Below are positions 53,159 to 64,000 of a stretch of DNA of 64,000 nt, one piece after another. The notes below the pieces were generated by a model, which saw only the letters and a program-made list of their open reading frames with translations, was not told the DNA's origin and did no database searches. The position numbers and the translations under genes are program-made. Each line of letters starts with the position of its first letter. Position 1 is the stretch's first letter. Source of the stretch: Fimbriosthenelais zetlandica (taxonomy: Eukaryota); assembly GCA_977030845.1 (NCBI GenBank), contig OZ365112.1:17794001-17858000 (forward strand), given 5' to 3'.

Positions 53159-56100
53159 TTAGACATCAAAGTCCTCCAGACTTCCAGTACTAGCCTGGCT
53201 GAGGGTCACAGACTCCCGACTGGATCCTCGCCTGCGCCCTGATCTGGAAACACTGTAACCAATATCATCTTCCTGTGAGGAACCTCGGCTATAGTCACTG
53301 TTAGAGCTTCTACGAGAGCTCCTGTGAGAGCTCCTGGTCCTATGAGAGCTCCTACTCCTGTGAGAGCTCCTGGGCCTGTGAGAGCTCCTGCTCCTGCTCC
53401 TATTTGAGCTAACGTGAGAGCTCCTGTTAGAGCTCCTCCTGCTGCTGTTGCCAGAATGACTTGGATCCCTAGAAATATGTGGAATATTGTATGGGTTGGG
53501 GGCTATAGAACCTGGTTGATGGTAAGATGGTGGGGCTGAGGATTCTGGAATAACCCCACTGGAGGACGCTGTACTGTCTTCCATGTCATACATTGTTTCT
53601 GTATCTGAATCATCTATGTCGTTGAAGTCCTCCATGGAATTGAACACTCTGTCATCATTCTGTTGCTTTGCAAAGTTGAGGAAGACCTGTAAAAAAGTTT
53701 ATAATGATGAACTTTCTAACGATAAAATATGTAATTCATAACTAGAGCTGGTATTTGAAGGTAATTATACAGCAAGTATTCAGTCTAAATATTGGTAATT
53801 TGTGAGAAATACATACGTTATCCAGGGTTGTCTGTGTAAGAGAGAAGTTATCTATCTTCAGTTTGTCCTTATTATCCTCTATCCCTCCAAACAAGGCGGC
53901 CAGGGTGTTTGATCTTGCAGGTATTCCAAATTCCAGCATGTTCAAATGTCGGTCCTGAAATAATCATACAAGCATCTATGTTACCAAGGTCTATTGTTTT
54001 ACACTATAGAAACTACAGGATAAACCGGGCCCATGAAATAAGTTCAGATCATTTGTGCTCAATTTATTTAAAGCTGAGGCGAATATTTGAAGGAAATGTT
54101 GTAGGATATCTTGTATATTTACCTTCACGTATGAACCTTTAAAGGTCCTCTTCATGAAACTTATTACTTTCTTGGCAGTACCACGGTCCCCTCCCACACG
54201 ACAAGACATGGTGTAACCACTGCCAAACCTGAGGACAAACCGAAGAATAACCATAAATAAATGGAAAAATGCATATACTTCACTTTAACTTATCAAGTGA
54301 GATTCCCTTTTGCACTACAGAGTATGTAAAATAAGTATAAGGACTTATATATTAGGACTGATATATTTAGTATATTTGTTTTATATAATTATAAAATCTA
54401 AGTTTAATAGTATTGATTTAATAATTACTTACTTGTTTTTGAGATGTTGGGAGCTGCCCATGCACCTGAATCGACCATTGACCATGATAGCCATTCTTGT
54501 ACACAGTGCATCACACTCCTCCATGCTATGTGAGGTAAGGATAACAGATCGACCATCTTTGATGATGGCAGTGATATTGTCCCACACAAGACGCCGTGTC
54601 CCTGGGTCCATGCCAGTAGTGGGCTCATCCTATGAAGGAAAAACATTTTAAATTGGGTTTTTTTGAAACTAGGAGAAGGCCCTTTGATTTTAATTAACGA
54701 TTTCGGAATATCATAAACTGTTTTGTAGTATATATATAATATGTATGAAGGGAAAGGAAAGGTATATGAAGTATACGTCTGTAACTTACTAGCAGCACCA
54801 ACTCTGGGTCACCTATGAGAGCTAAGGCCATGGAGAGTTTACGTTTATTTCCAGCACTGTAAGTTCGTACTGTGTTTTTGATGTGTTGCTCCAGTCCGAA
54901 CTTAGTCGTGAGTTCTGCACATATCTGAAGATGAAAACATTAGTTACATTAGTTGGAGGAAATTGGCGAGATATTTTTCATTCATATTATAATTACCCGA
55001 TATATTATCTAGTCCTAAGCCATGACCTAGGTCTTATATTTCAAAATAAATCGAAGCAATTCCTTCTCAGAAGCCCCATTGCCAGTGGGCTATGAACAAC
55101 CGTCCATAGGACAGGTGTCGGCTAGTATCTATATATGTAATTAATTAATGGCTCTTACTCCACTTAAATCGCCCTCGGGAATTCCACGCAATCTACAGTA
55201 GTAGTAAATCATCTCATCACCAGTGAGGAAGTCATCTAGAGCATCAAACTGAGGACAGTAGCCCACATTCTGGTTCATATTTGACACATCCTCTGATACA
55301 CTAAAACAAAAATGTATTTGGTTTTTTCATTAGATCAGCATTCAGGTGAGGATAAATTTGGGCAAAATAAATTAACATAATAATGAAAGTGTGAGATCTC
55401 AAGTTGTCTTCAAGAATATAGAGCCACTTTTCAAGCTTCAAAAATTATTTTGTGGCCAAAAGAAACTTACATTTCTCCATTTAGGAAGACAGCACCACTA
55501 CTTGTTTGTATTTCTCCCGTTATCATTTTGAAAGTTGTAGTTTTTCCAGCGCCGTTTATTCCCAGCAAACCAAAACACTGCAAATGAAGGCACAAGATAA
55601 GAACCCGAACAGACCCAAGGGGATGTTGATAAAAGCCGAATAAACACTTGAGATTGGTCCATTCAAATCCCAATCAGCGCTATCCCTGGGACTTGCTCAA
55701 AAACCATCACAGCTTCCTTATGCCCCTTCATGAGAATTACTGGCACCAATAAAGATGCCATATATACAATGGTGCATGCATACAATCATGTACGTAATGT
55801 TGAACTAGATAGGTTGACACTTTGAGGTTTAATTGTTTTTAATATTTTATTCCTTTATATCGCCTTACCTCTCCTCGTGGTATTCCCAGACACAGGTTGT
55901 CAACAGCCAGGATATTTCTGAACCGCCTTCTGTAGTACTAAAACGTCAAGGCAAAATTATAAGATATTGCAACACGTAATCTATGTTTCAGGAAGAAACA
56001 AAGCTTTATGCCCAAACATGAGTATTATTAATAAACAAATATTTAATTAAGCCAAATCTGCTTTATAATAAATTTGTAGCTTATGGAATTACCTTGCTTA

Positions 56101-59100
56101 GTTTGTATACAGTTGCAAGGTTGGCATCGAGGTTAGGATTGGTAGTTACTCTCAGTCTTTCCTTCGATACGTCAGCATCTTCTTTATATGAAGGTTTTCT
56201 CTCTGCTTTGCGTTTCCTTTAAAAGATATTGACGTTAAAATAAATATATAGATTTATTGTTGGCCTATCTGAATTGGAAACCACCATTAATTGAACACAT
56301 TAGTCTCTTAATATATCTTATCTAAGTAGGCCTATCCGGATCAAATCAATTAACACACTATATTTAGTATTTATAGTACAGATTGTTACATACATACATG
56401 TACATGTATCTAGAACAAAAGAGTGATTTGCTTACGTAGAAAAGTCGCAGAGATCAAATTCGATTACGAGATGAATGAGGAACAAGAGGACTCCTTCGAC
56501 AGCCAGCACCAGGTAGTGATAGAAGAGGAGAGACTTATCAAAGGGACTCGTGTAATCGTTGATGTTAAAACGAATGAAGATGTCTGTAATGATCTGGTTA
56601 TAGGCGATCTTCACCATGGCGTCACCCAAACAAAATTGGGGAAATATCAGGAAGGCTTTGGTCAGGATCTCACGGGCCGCTACAAGTCCCTGTAAATTAA
56701 GAGAGGATTTTTGTGATATTATGATATTGGCTTGTTTTTAACAGGCACAGGCACAGGCCTAGGACTAGGCACGGGTAATTTCAAATTGTTGTCTGACCTG
56801 GAAGGAAGCCCAAACGATAGGCCTAGGCCTACTAGGCCCTAGCCTTCATACAAGTGCAAAAGTTTGTTTTAAACTTTTGGACAAGCATTAGGCCTAGTAC
56901 TCAGGGCCAAGACTATTATTACTTACAATAGGCCTATATTAACGACACGTAGGCCTAGGCCCAGGCCTCACCTAAGCAAAGCCAAAATTAGGCCTACGTC
57001 CTACCCGATTTTCTCACCAGATGGCAGTAACACTATAGACCTAAGTCTGGATGGCTTACCAGTTAGGCGCCTTATGATACCGCCCCCTATGAAAAATATA
57101 GGCCTACATTATGAATTTATATGCCTACCTTTCTAGAATTGAAGATAGGGGTTTGCAAGAAGAAAATACAGGCTGTACAGTTGATCCCTATTGCCAGGTT
57201 GATAATAAAAGCAGCAACGTAACCAGTTGTGGGATTATCAAACCAGCGTGATACCAGGTACATCATAGGAATAGTAGCCCATCTAAAACAGAAAAGGGTA
57301 ACATTAGTGTCCAGCTAAATAAAAGAATTCATACCAAGAGACAGCTAGGTAGGGCCTACCATAGGTTAGGCCTACATTACGTGAAACCATTCACCAGACT
57401 CCACCGCCCGCGCATGGCGCCAAACGTTAGGTTCGCCGCCACCGGCGAGTCTGGAAACTACTGACCGGAAGCGGAAATACTGTCTTTGACCTCAGAGGAC
57501 GCCCATGGACACTGATCGCGGCTTCGAGAGAGATTAACTTGGATTTTATTACTTTCAAAGTTAGTCGCATAATAGGTTGACACATTTTCTATCATATGAA
57601 GGACGGTACATCTTCCTGTAGTGATTTTGCGTGACAAGGGCTGGATTTAAAGACTGACCCGAACTTCTCGGCTGCCAAGGTCATAGCCCGGCATGGACAT
57701 ACGAGTACCAGTTAAAGAGGATACCTTCTCAGATACGACAACTTTGATGATTCGTACACGTGGGACATGCGGATATTCTTGCGAAGAAGTAAGTTTTTAT
57801 AATTTTGAAATAGTTTTCCAATCATTAGTTGATATGGTGTAGCCTAACTGTGTATTCATGGAATGATTGGGCCTATGTCCGGGAGCGAGACACGACGGGG
57901 TAGCCTACACGTGGTCCTGGTCTGAACTCATAGGAAGTTGGTGTATGACTATGTATAGCCTATGGACAACAATAGGCCTATGCTATATTTGTTCTAATGA
58001 AACTTACCCGAACAGGGCCAGTATTGCCCCCAATGCATGTAGATTCTCTCCATATGTAAACACATGAAGATTGAAGGCACGAACGATGCCAACAGTCAGA
58101 CTCATGGTGATCATATAAGTCACCTGAAAATGGACAGATTTGGGAATTATTATCAAGCTGTCACTCAGGTAGGGCCTATGATTAAGTTTTAAGAAAAAAT
58201 AATGACATGATAATCATGAGGTACATCATTTCTACTGAGTAGGCCTACAGTATACAGTGTGACATAGGGCCTAGGCCTTATATAGGCCTATTGGCAAGAG
58301 CGCAGAGGTTGGGATTGGCAATACACATAATAGTGTACTCTATATCTACTGTTTCCCAAAATTCCTGATATTCTCAGTTTTTAGTCATTTGAGAAACTCA
58401 CCATATCCCATAGGAGAGCATTGGACCAGTATAGGAAGGTACCAACACCAGTGATAGCCTGAAGACGCTTCTCCTGACTGGTTCTCTCTTTGATAACATA
58501 AATGACATAGGTGGCTGGCACAAAACAGTAGGCAATCATGATGGTCAATGAGACTCCAGTGTCAGAAAACTTCATAAACCTGTGAAAAATATAGATGTTG
58601 TATAGAATTACATATATAAACATAGGCGTGTTAGGAATATTTTAAGTCATCATTTTATTATCCAATATCTTATAACAAGGTGGTTAGTACAGTCTACAGA
58701 TGTATGTAGTAGTATAGGCCTAGATGGCTAACCATCTTCAATAGAGAATCAGCTACTTACAGCCCACTGGTGGAGATTGGCCAGTCACTGGCGTTGAAAG
58801 GATGGTTATGCACTGTAATACCTAAAATAATAAAAATTAACAATGGGCCTAGTGGTATTACATGAACGAAATTAAATTAAATAAATTTAATTTCCAGTCT
58901 TAGCATAATATAATTGCTATGTGTATGCTACATGTATGTGTATAGCCTATAGCTGGGAGGTGAAGTGACAATGATTTGTATAGCTTACATGTAGGCCCTA
59001 GTGTGATTTACTGGTAGATATCTTACCATATTCTGATGGGTCATCCTCGTCGTAATTGCTAACGTCACTCTCATTGGATTGAGATAACGTGTCTTTCCTC

Positions 59101-62100
59101 ATCTGGACGTTTGCACGAAGTGCCATGTTGTTAAGGGCATTGAGGAAGCTAGGAACTGCGTGTATGCCTTTACTGTTAAACCATACTGTTGACTTCACCT
59201 CCTCTTGCTCAGTGTCAAAAGTCCATCCACCCCATATGGGTTCAGTGCTGGAGGGATAACAACCTCAAATTTAATATATAGTCCGAATAATCAATAAACA
59301 ATAATTGTTAGGTTAAAAATCCTATAATTTCAATAATGAACCACATACATACCGGGGGGTATTTATCATAAAGTTATGAAAGAATGAGGAAATACAAAAT
59401 GATCAATGCTTTTTAGAAATTCATATCCATTATAGGGATATTGCTTATGAATATTTACTGAAGAAATGAAGCAAGATCAAGGAATGATGAGGGGACTAAA
59501 CTGGGACTATAATTATTTACTTACGCGTCAGAATCTGAGAACTGATCAAATTTGCGGAGAGAGTATTGCTCAATGCCGAATTGATGGTTAGTTAAATCCA
59601 CCACCTCCTCGCCGGTATGAGTCTTGAGTCTAGGAGCTGGTTGACCAGCAGCATTATCAGGACAGTGCCATGGTCCATCCACATCACACGTACAGTTTGG
59701 TGGGTTCTCATATTTCAACCGTTCAAGCCGAGATATAGCCTCAAGTTCAAAATCAACATCACGTGAATGACAAGTCCTATGATGAAAAAAAAACAACCAA
59801 TGTCAGTTGTAAGTTAACGTTAAAATTCTAATAAGGCGAATTATAACTGTCTCTTAATCTATAGTTGGACCTCTTTAAGATATGAACCCACTTTTTCGTG
59901 TAGTTCCAATTGCCTATATTGATGGCAGTTCGCTTGAGGCAGTTGGTTCCCATGCCTGGTGCTGTCTTCAGGGTGTCCACCATTGCTGTAGCAAAGGGCG
60001 TTTCATTGTGCATACTGTAAAAACCAATTTGATTCATTTTCATAGGTCAGAAATTGTTTATGGAAATCAAATGTTTGAACGAATGAAATCAATGAATACT
60101 TATGACGCAGCCAGTCCTAATGTGCTACTTGGGATTTTTAGCAAGAATTAATTTGGCGCTGGTTGGTAACTAATTTAACAAAGGCACCAGCCTCAGCCTT
60201 TGGAGTTATCTCAACGAGCTTGTCTTTACCGGTAATGATTTATGATATTATTTTATATGGTTTTTTTCCTCCTTACCTGTATAGAATTGTCTGGTTAGGG
60301 CCGTAAATGGAAGCATCAATCCAGTAGGGGTCCACTTGACCAAGTTCTGGCTTGAACATAGTGGCTACCATAGCAATGCAAACAAAGACTGATGGGAGGA
60401 CGATTTGTGAGACGTGACTTTTAAGATCTCTTTTGTAATGGTGGAATCGTTTAGTAAGCAATGCCTTGAACTGCCTCCACGTGAGAGCGAATCCACGGCT
60501 CCTCGTCTTGTCTAGTTGTTTACGGTCGTAATTACCTATGTAGATGCTTTCACTGCTCATAGATGATGATGATCTCACTGATGAGTGGTTTCTGCTGCTC
60601 CTGCCATGGTAACTGATTTCGTCATAAGCGTCATTGTCATAACCTTCCTCTCCTGCTGGCTCATTTTCACTTTCACGTGTGCCTTGAAGGATCTGTGCTT
60701 TGATGAGTTCAGGCTGTAGTGGTCGATTAGGGTGTTTGGTAGCCCAGTGGGTGACCTTGAGGAAAACCTTATGGGAAAAGGGAGGGAAACATGTGGCAGG
60801 TTTAATATCTATTGAGACCCGTGATATAAATTCATAGTTAATGTAGTTCAGACTCTGCACTCACCTCTTCCAGTGTACTGTCTGCAATGCCATATTTGTC
60901 AATCATGTACTTAGCATGACGAGCCTCGAGCCGGATAAACAATTCCTGTAGGATAAAATCATAAATTTAAAAATTGTAGTGGCAATGAGAAGAGTTTTAT
61001 TTCTTCCTGCAGTGCTGTACATCATTGATCAATATCATTATTGTTCTTGTCATATATCAATGAATTTAGTTCCTTATCCCTTACTCTGAGTCTGGTGGAA
61101 TTCCTACGGTCTGTTGGCAGCACAATAGTCACTTCTGTTCCTATCTCCTCAGTTACTTGTGCTTTTGGAACAAGCTCCTTTATGAAGTTTAGCAATCGTT
61201 CTGTGTTCCATTTGCCTATAAACGGACATTATATCATAAGAAGTGCATGCATGGTTGCTTTGGAATTCATGATTTGGAATTCATAAAATGTAGTAATATA
61301 TATTGTATAGTAATAGTATACATAATTCATGACAGTGACCATATACCTCACCTTTCTTATGAAATATTAAAAAAACATTTACCCACCTGATTGTGAATCC
61401 CTGTGTGATCCCAACCCCTGAAAATTAAATAGCAACAATAAGAAATAAGATGAGGTTTCATAAACAAAATGTTGTTCGTATAAAACTATTCTCAAGGACT
61501 GGGGCAGAGTTTCTGGTTTGAGGTCATTTTGCTCACCCTTTCTAGTCCTGCAGTGGCCTTGGAAATTGTGAGTTGGTAACCACTGCCAAAGTTTGTCTTC
61601 AGCCACAGAGAAGATCCAGTCGTGATAAGACGACCCTAAAACAAACAAGAGTCCGTAGACATTTGTCTTCACACGACATAAAATCTTAATTTTTAGCATC
61701 ATTTAATTAGCTAGCATCTGGTTTGAAAAGACACATCCTGCTGTTTTTATATAGACCTGTAGGCCTATAATATATACGACAGTTCAATGGAACTTCTCTG
61801 CATAGAAAAAAAGAATGAAAAAATATTACAAAAAGGAACCAGAGACACACTCACGAAGATGAAAAAAAAATAAATACCTGGTGTATAATAACAATCCTGT
61901 CTCCAAGTACATCAGCTTCATCCAAATGATGTGTGCATAGAATGATGGTCCTGTCTAAAATAGAGATAAATAACCAATTACTGAATTATCATTCAATTAT
62001 AAATCTTCAGTACTACTCTCAATGCCAGCATCTATAGATGTTATTTATTTAATTATTTTAAACTTAAGAAATAATGTCCTCACTTGTTTTGTGTTTGACT

Positions 62101-63264
62101 ATGATATCCCATATCATCCTCCTGGCAGCTGGGTCTACCCCTGAAGTGGGCTCGTCTAGAATGATGTATTGGGAGTCACCTATGAATGCGCAGCCCACAG
62201 AAACTCTCCTCCTCTGACCTCCAGACAGATGATTCACTGGTACATCCTTAAACTTTGTTAAGCCAGTCAGATCAAGCATGCTGCAGATAGACAAAACTCA
62301 TTTTTATTCACTGACTTCTGAAATTGTGGACATGTCTTCTGGGTTATTTTAAATTTAGATTTGGAATAAGAACAGACATTGGATCCATATGCAAATATTA
62401 TAAAAGCAGGACGAAAGAGCCGGATATGAAGGAATGAGATTGACAGATTTCGATGATCGAAATATTATTTTACTCACTCCTTGACCGCATCTGAGATGAC
62501 CACCTTGCTTATATCCGCTTTCATTCGGGCGTAGAAGTCAAAATGTTCCTTGATGGTCATGCTGAAATGAACGTGAAAATAAACCATGATCACTGTAAGT
62601 GTAAATCAAATGAGTCTAAATTGTCCTGCTGATCCTGCTTTCATGCTATCACTTCAGGAGGGTCATAAATATGACTATACATAATTTTTTATAACTGTCC
62701 ATGTTGCTTTGCCCAACGTTCCCCTTGATTGTCTGAAATTCAAAGATTGAAGTTGATAACAGTAGAAAATACTCACTAGTCAAAGAGGACATCATGCTGC
62801 GGACAATACCCCAGCGAACTCCTGATCTCATCAAAGCCATCACGTATATCCCTGCCTCCAATATAGGCTGTACCAGACGTGGGTGGTGTTAACCCAGTCA
62901 ACATCTTACTGTAACATGAGGTAATCACAATTATTAATATCCACTCGTTAATCTAACCAATTATATACTCGTTAATCTAATTGTCCACTAAACATCACAG
63001 GTCTGCTGTAATTGGACATAGTTTTCCTTATGCAGATACCATAGTATTGTGAATGAAATCCCGCAAGTAAATGACAGTAACCATCAACTTACATGCAAGT
63101 ACTTTTGCCAGCTCCGTTGTGGCCAAGGAAGGCTGTGATTTGTCCCTTGAAAAAGTTGACCGTCAGGTCATCCACAGCCTTCTTCTTCCCTTCTTTGAAA
63201 CATTTTGTCAATTTGCTGAGGGTGATGCCAACAGGCAGGTTTTCAGGCTCCTTCTCCCCTGGAA
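53159..63264 (-). CDS. ABCA: ABC transporter subfamily A full transporter (ABCA1/2/12-like), partial: NBD1, R1, TMD2/ECD2, NBD2 and C-terminal tail; 5' part lies beyond the window
   Basis: 27 phase-consistent exons: 63093-63264, 62777-62908, 62478-62561, 62084-62280, 61878-61954, 61537-61635, 61387-61417, 61085-61215, 60865-60945, 60277-60767, 59892-60014, 59525-59776, 59027-59247, 58761-58821, 58402-58579, 58008-58123, 57129-57282, 56436-56689, 56093-56216, 55869-55937, 55471-55577, 55159-55300, 54790-54924, 54433-54629, 54123-54228, 53817-53954, 53159-53686 (4400 nt). NBD1: [38 protein letters not shown]2: [50 protein letters not shown] hallmarks [37 protein letters not shown]. The paralog identity is not resolved. 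Confidence 0.96.
53314..53440 (-). repeat. Coding tandem repeat (18-nt period) in the last ABCA exon encoding RSSHR[S/P/T]
   Basis: GAGAGCTCCT occurs on the plus strand at 53314, 53326, 53344, 53362, 53380 and 53416. The four central copies have an exact 18-nt period. Confidence 0.92.
56740..59000. repeat. Local enrichment of the palindromic TAGGCCTA/AGGCCT motif in ABCA introns
   Basis: About a dozen TAGGCCTA copies plus near matches lie in ~2.3 kb (for example near 56819, 56890, 56930, 56950, 56990, 57099, 57368, 57973, 58240, 58283, 58715). Only scattered single copies occur elsewhere in the window (hand count). Confidence 0.75.
57395..57794 (+). promoter_or_regulatory. CpG-rich promoter-like island with a plus-strand splice donor inside an ABCA intron (antisense to ABCA)
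   Basis: CCACCGCCC GC-box; GCGCATGGCGCC 57410-57421; tandem ETS cores ACCGGAAGCGGAAAT 57464-57478; visibly CpG-dense relative to the flanking introns; GAA|GTAAGT donor at 57789. Confidence 0.5.
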
Positions 63265-63336
63265 CTGTAAATAGAATGAGTGTGAATGTATGTTCAGGAT
63301 AACGCTTTAATGCCCATTCTGAAAACAATCAAGTGA

Positions 63337-63390
63337 AAAACTTCATTCAACTGTTAGAAGTAGAAAACTTCATTCAACTGTTAGAAGCAG
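63337..63390. repeat. 27-bp tandem duplication (intronic)
   Basis: AAAACTTCATTCAACTGTTAGAAG(T/C)AG twice, with one mismatch. Confidence 0.9.
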
Positions 63391-64000
63391 AAAGTCCTAC
63401 ATGGTCTTCAACATGTGAAAATGGTAGGGATATTCTATACATTATAAATCATGACAACAATTATTTTAGCATATAATGTGAACTGATGTGTATGGATGCA
63501 AATTACACCTAAGTAGAATAAAATGTATTATTGTATTATAAAACAAGCACGAATACAGTACAGCAGAACTGAACTTATATTTTATAACTTTCACTCTGTC
63601 ATTTAAAATAAAGTAAAATGTATAATGTGCCAGTATTTAAGATGTACATGTATTGAAGATGGCTGTAACGATAGGAGACAACCCTCATACACAGCCATGT
63701 ATATGGGAGGTTGTTTTTTTTGTCTCAAATTTTATGTTATTACTTTATTTGATTTAATTTTCTCGATATTTATTTCTTCAAGTTGTTTTAATGGATTAGT
63801 TCTGAAACAATCTGGTACTTTAAAAGGAGGTCATTTAGATGTTCTATTTAATGTTCCGTTTATAAATCATCTTAAATATAGATGACCGGCTGCATTATAT
63901 TTATTTAAAGCTGGCGAGGCATAAAATCACTGTTCATTCATTCATTATAATCATTTAATTTAATTTAATTAACCTGATATATATTTATATTTATAAGTAC

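Noticed and set aside
59882-60151. Plus-strand ORF antisense to an ABCA exon as the next exon of the nested transcript
   Set aside because: Its acceptor phase is compatible only with a stop-containing frame of the 57.7-kb exon, so a coding join is not supported.

Overview
This is AT-rich, intron-containing animal genomic DNA, not prokaryotic; an invertebrate, possibly ambulacrarian, source is a weak inference from motif bias. I rebuilt four protein-coding genes by hand from splice sites and codon-phase continuity. (1) A complete 15-exon divergent ionotropic glutamate receptor-family gene (minus, 11086->5346, ~847 aa), with one apparent GC-AG intron and non-canonical ligand and pore residues. 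(2) Head-to-head with it, a 3-exon type-I membrane glycoprotein with no recognisable folded domain (plus, 12509->29567, 358 aa; ~15 N-glycosylation sequons, YxxL and NPxY tail). Its 11.4-kb first intron holds a decayed non-LTR retrotransposon. (3) A 7-exon two-kringle type-I membrane protein with an NPxY tail (plus, 49013->51313, 312 aa). (4) The 3' ~1465 codons (27 exons) of an ABCA lipid-exporter gene (minus, from beyond 63264 to 53159), ending in a long Ser/Arg/His repeat tail. A probable signal-peptide first exon of a fifth gene runs off the left edge. The stretch 29.6-48.8 kb has no supportable gene, only decayed remnants, a hairpin and an orphan promoter-like cluster. The best leads are a CpG-rich ETS/YY1 promoter-like island with an antisense splice donor inside an ABCA intron, the variant iGluR, the orphan glycoprotein and the ABCA tail. 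No rRNA, tRNA or CRISPR array could be supported. Product calls rest on remembered family motifs, not database searches.
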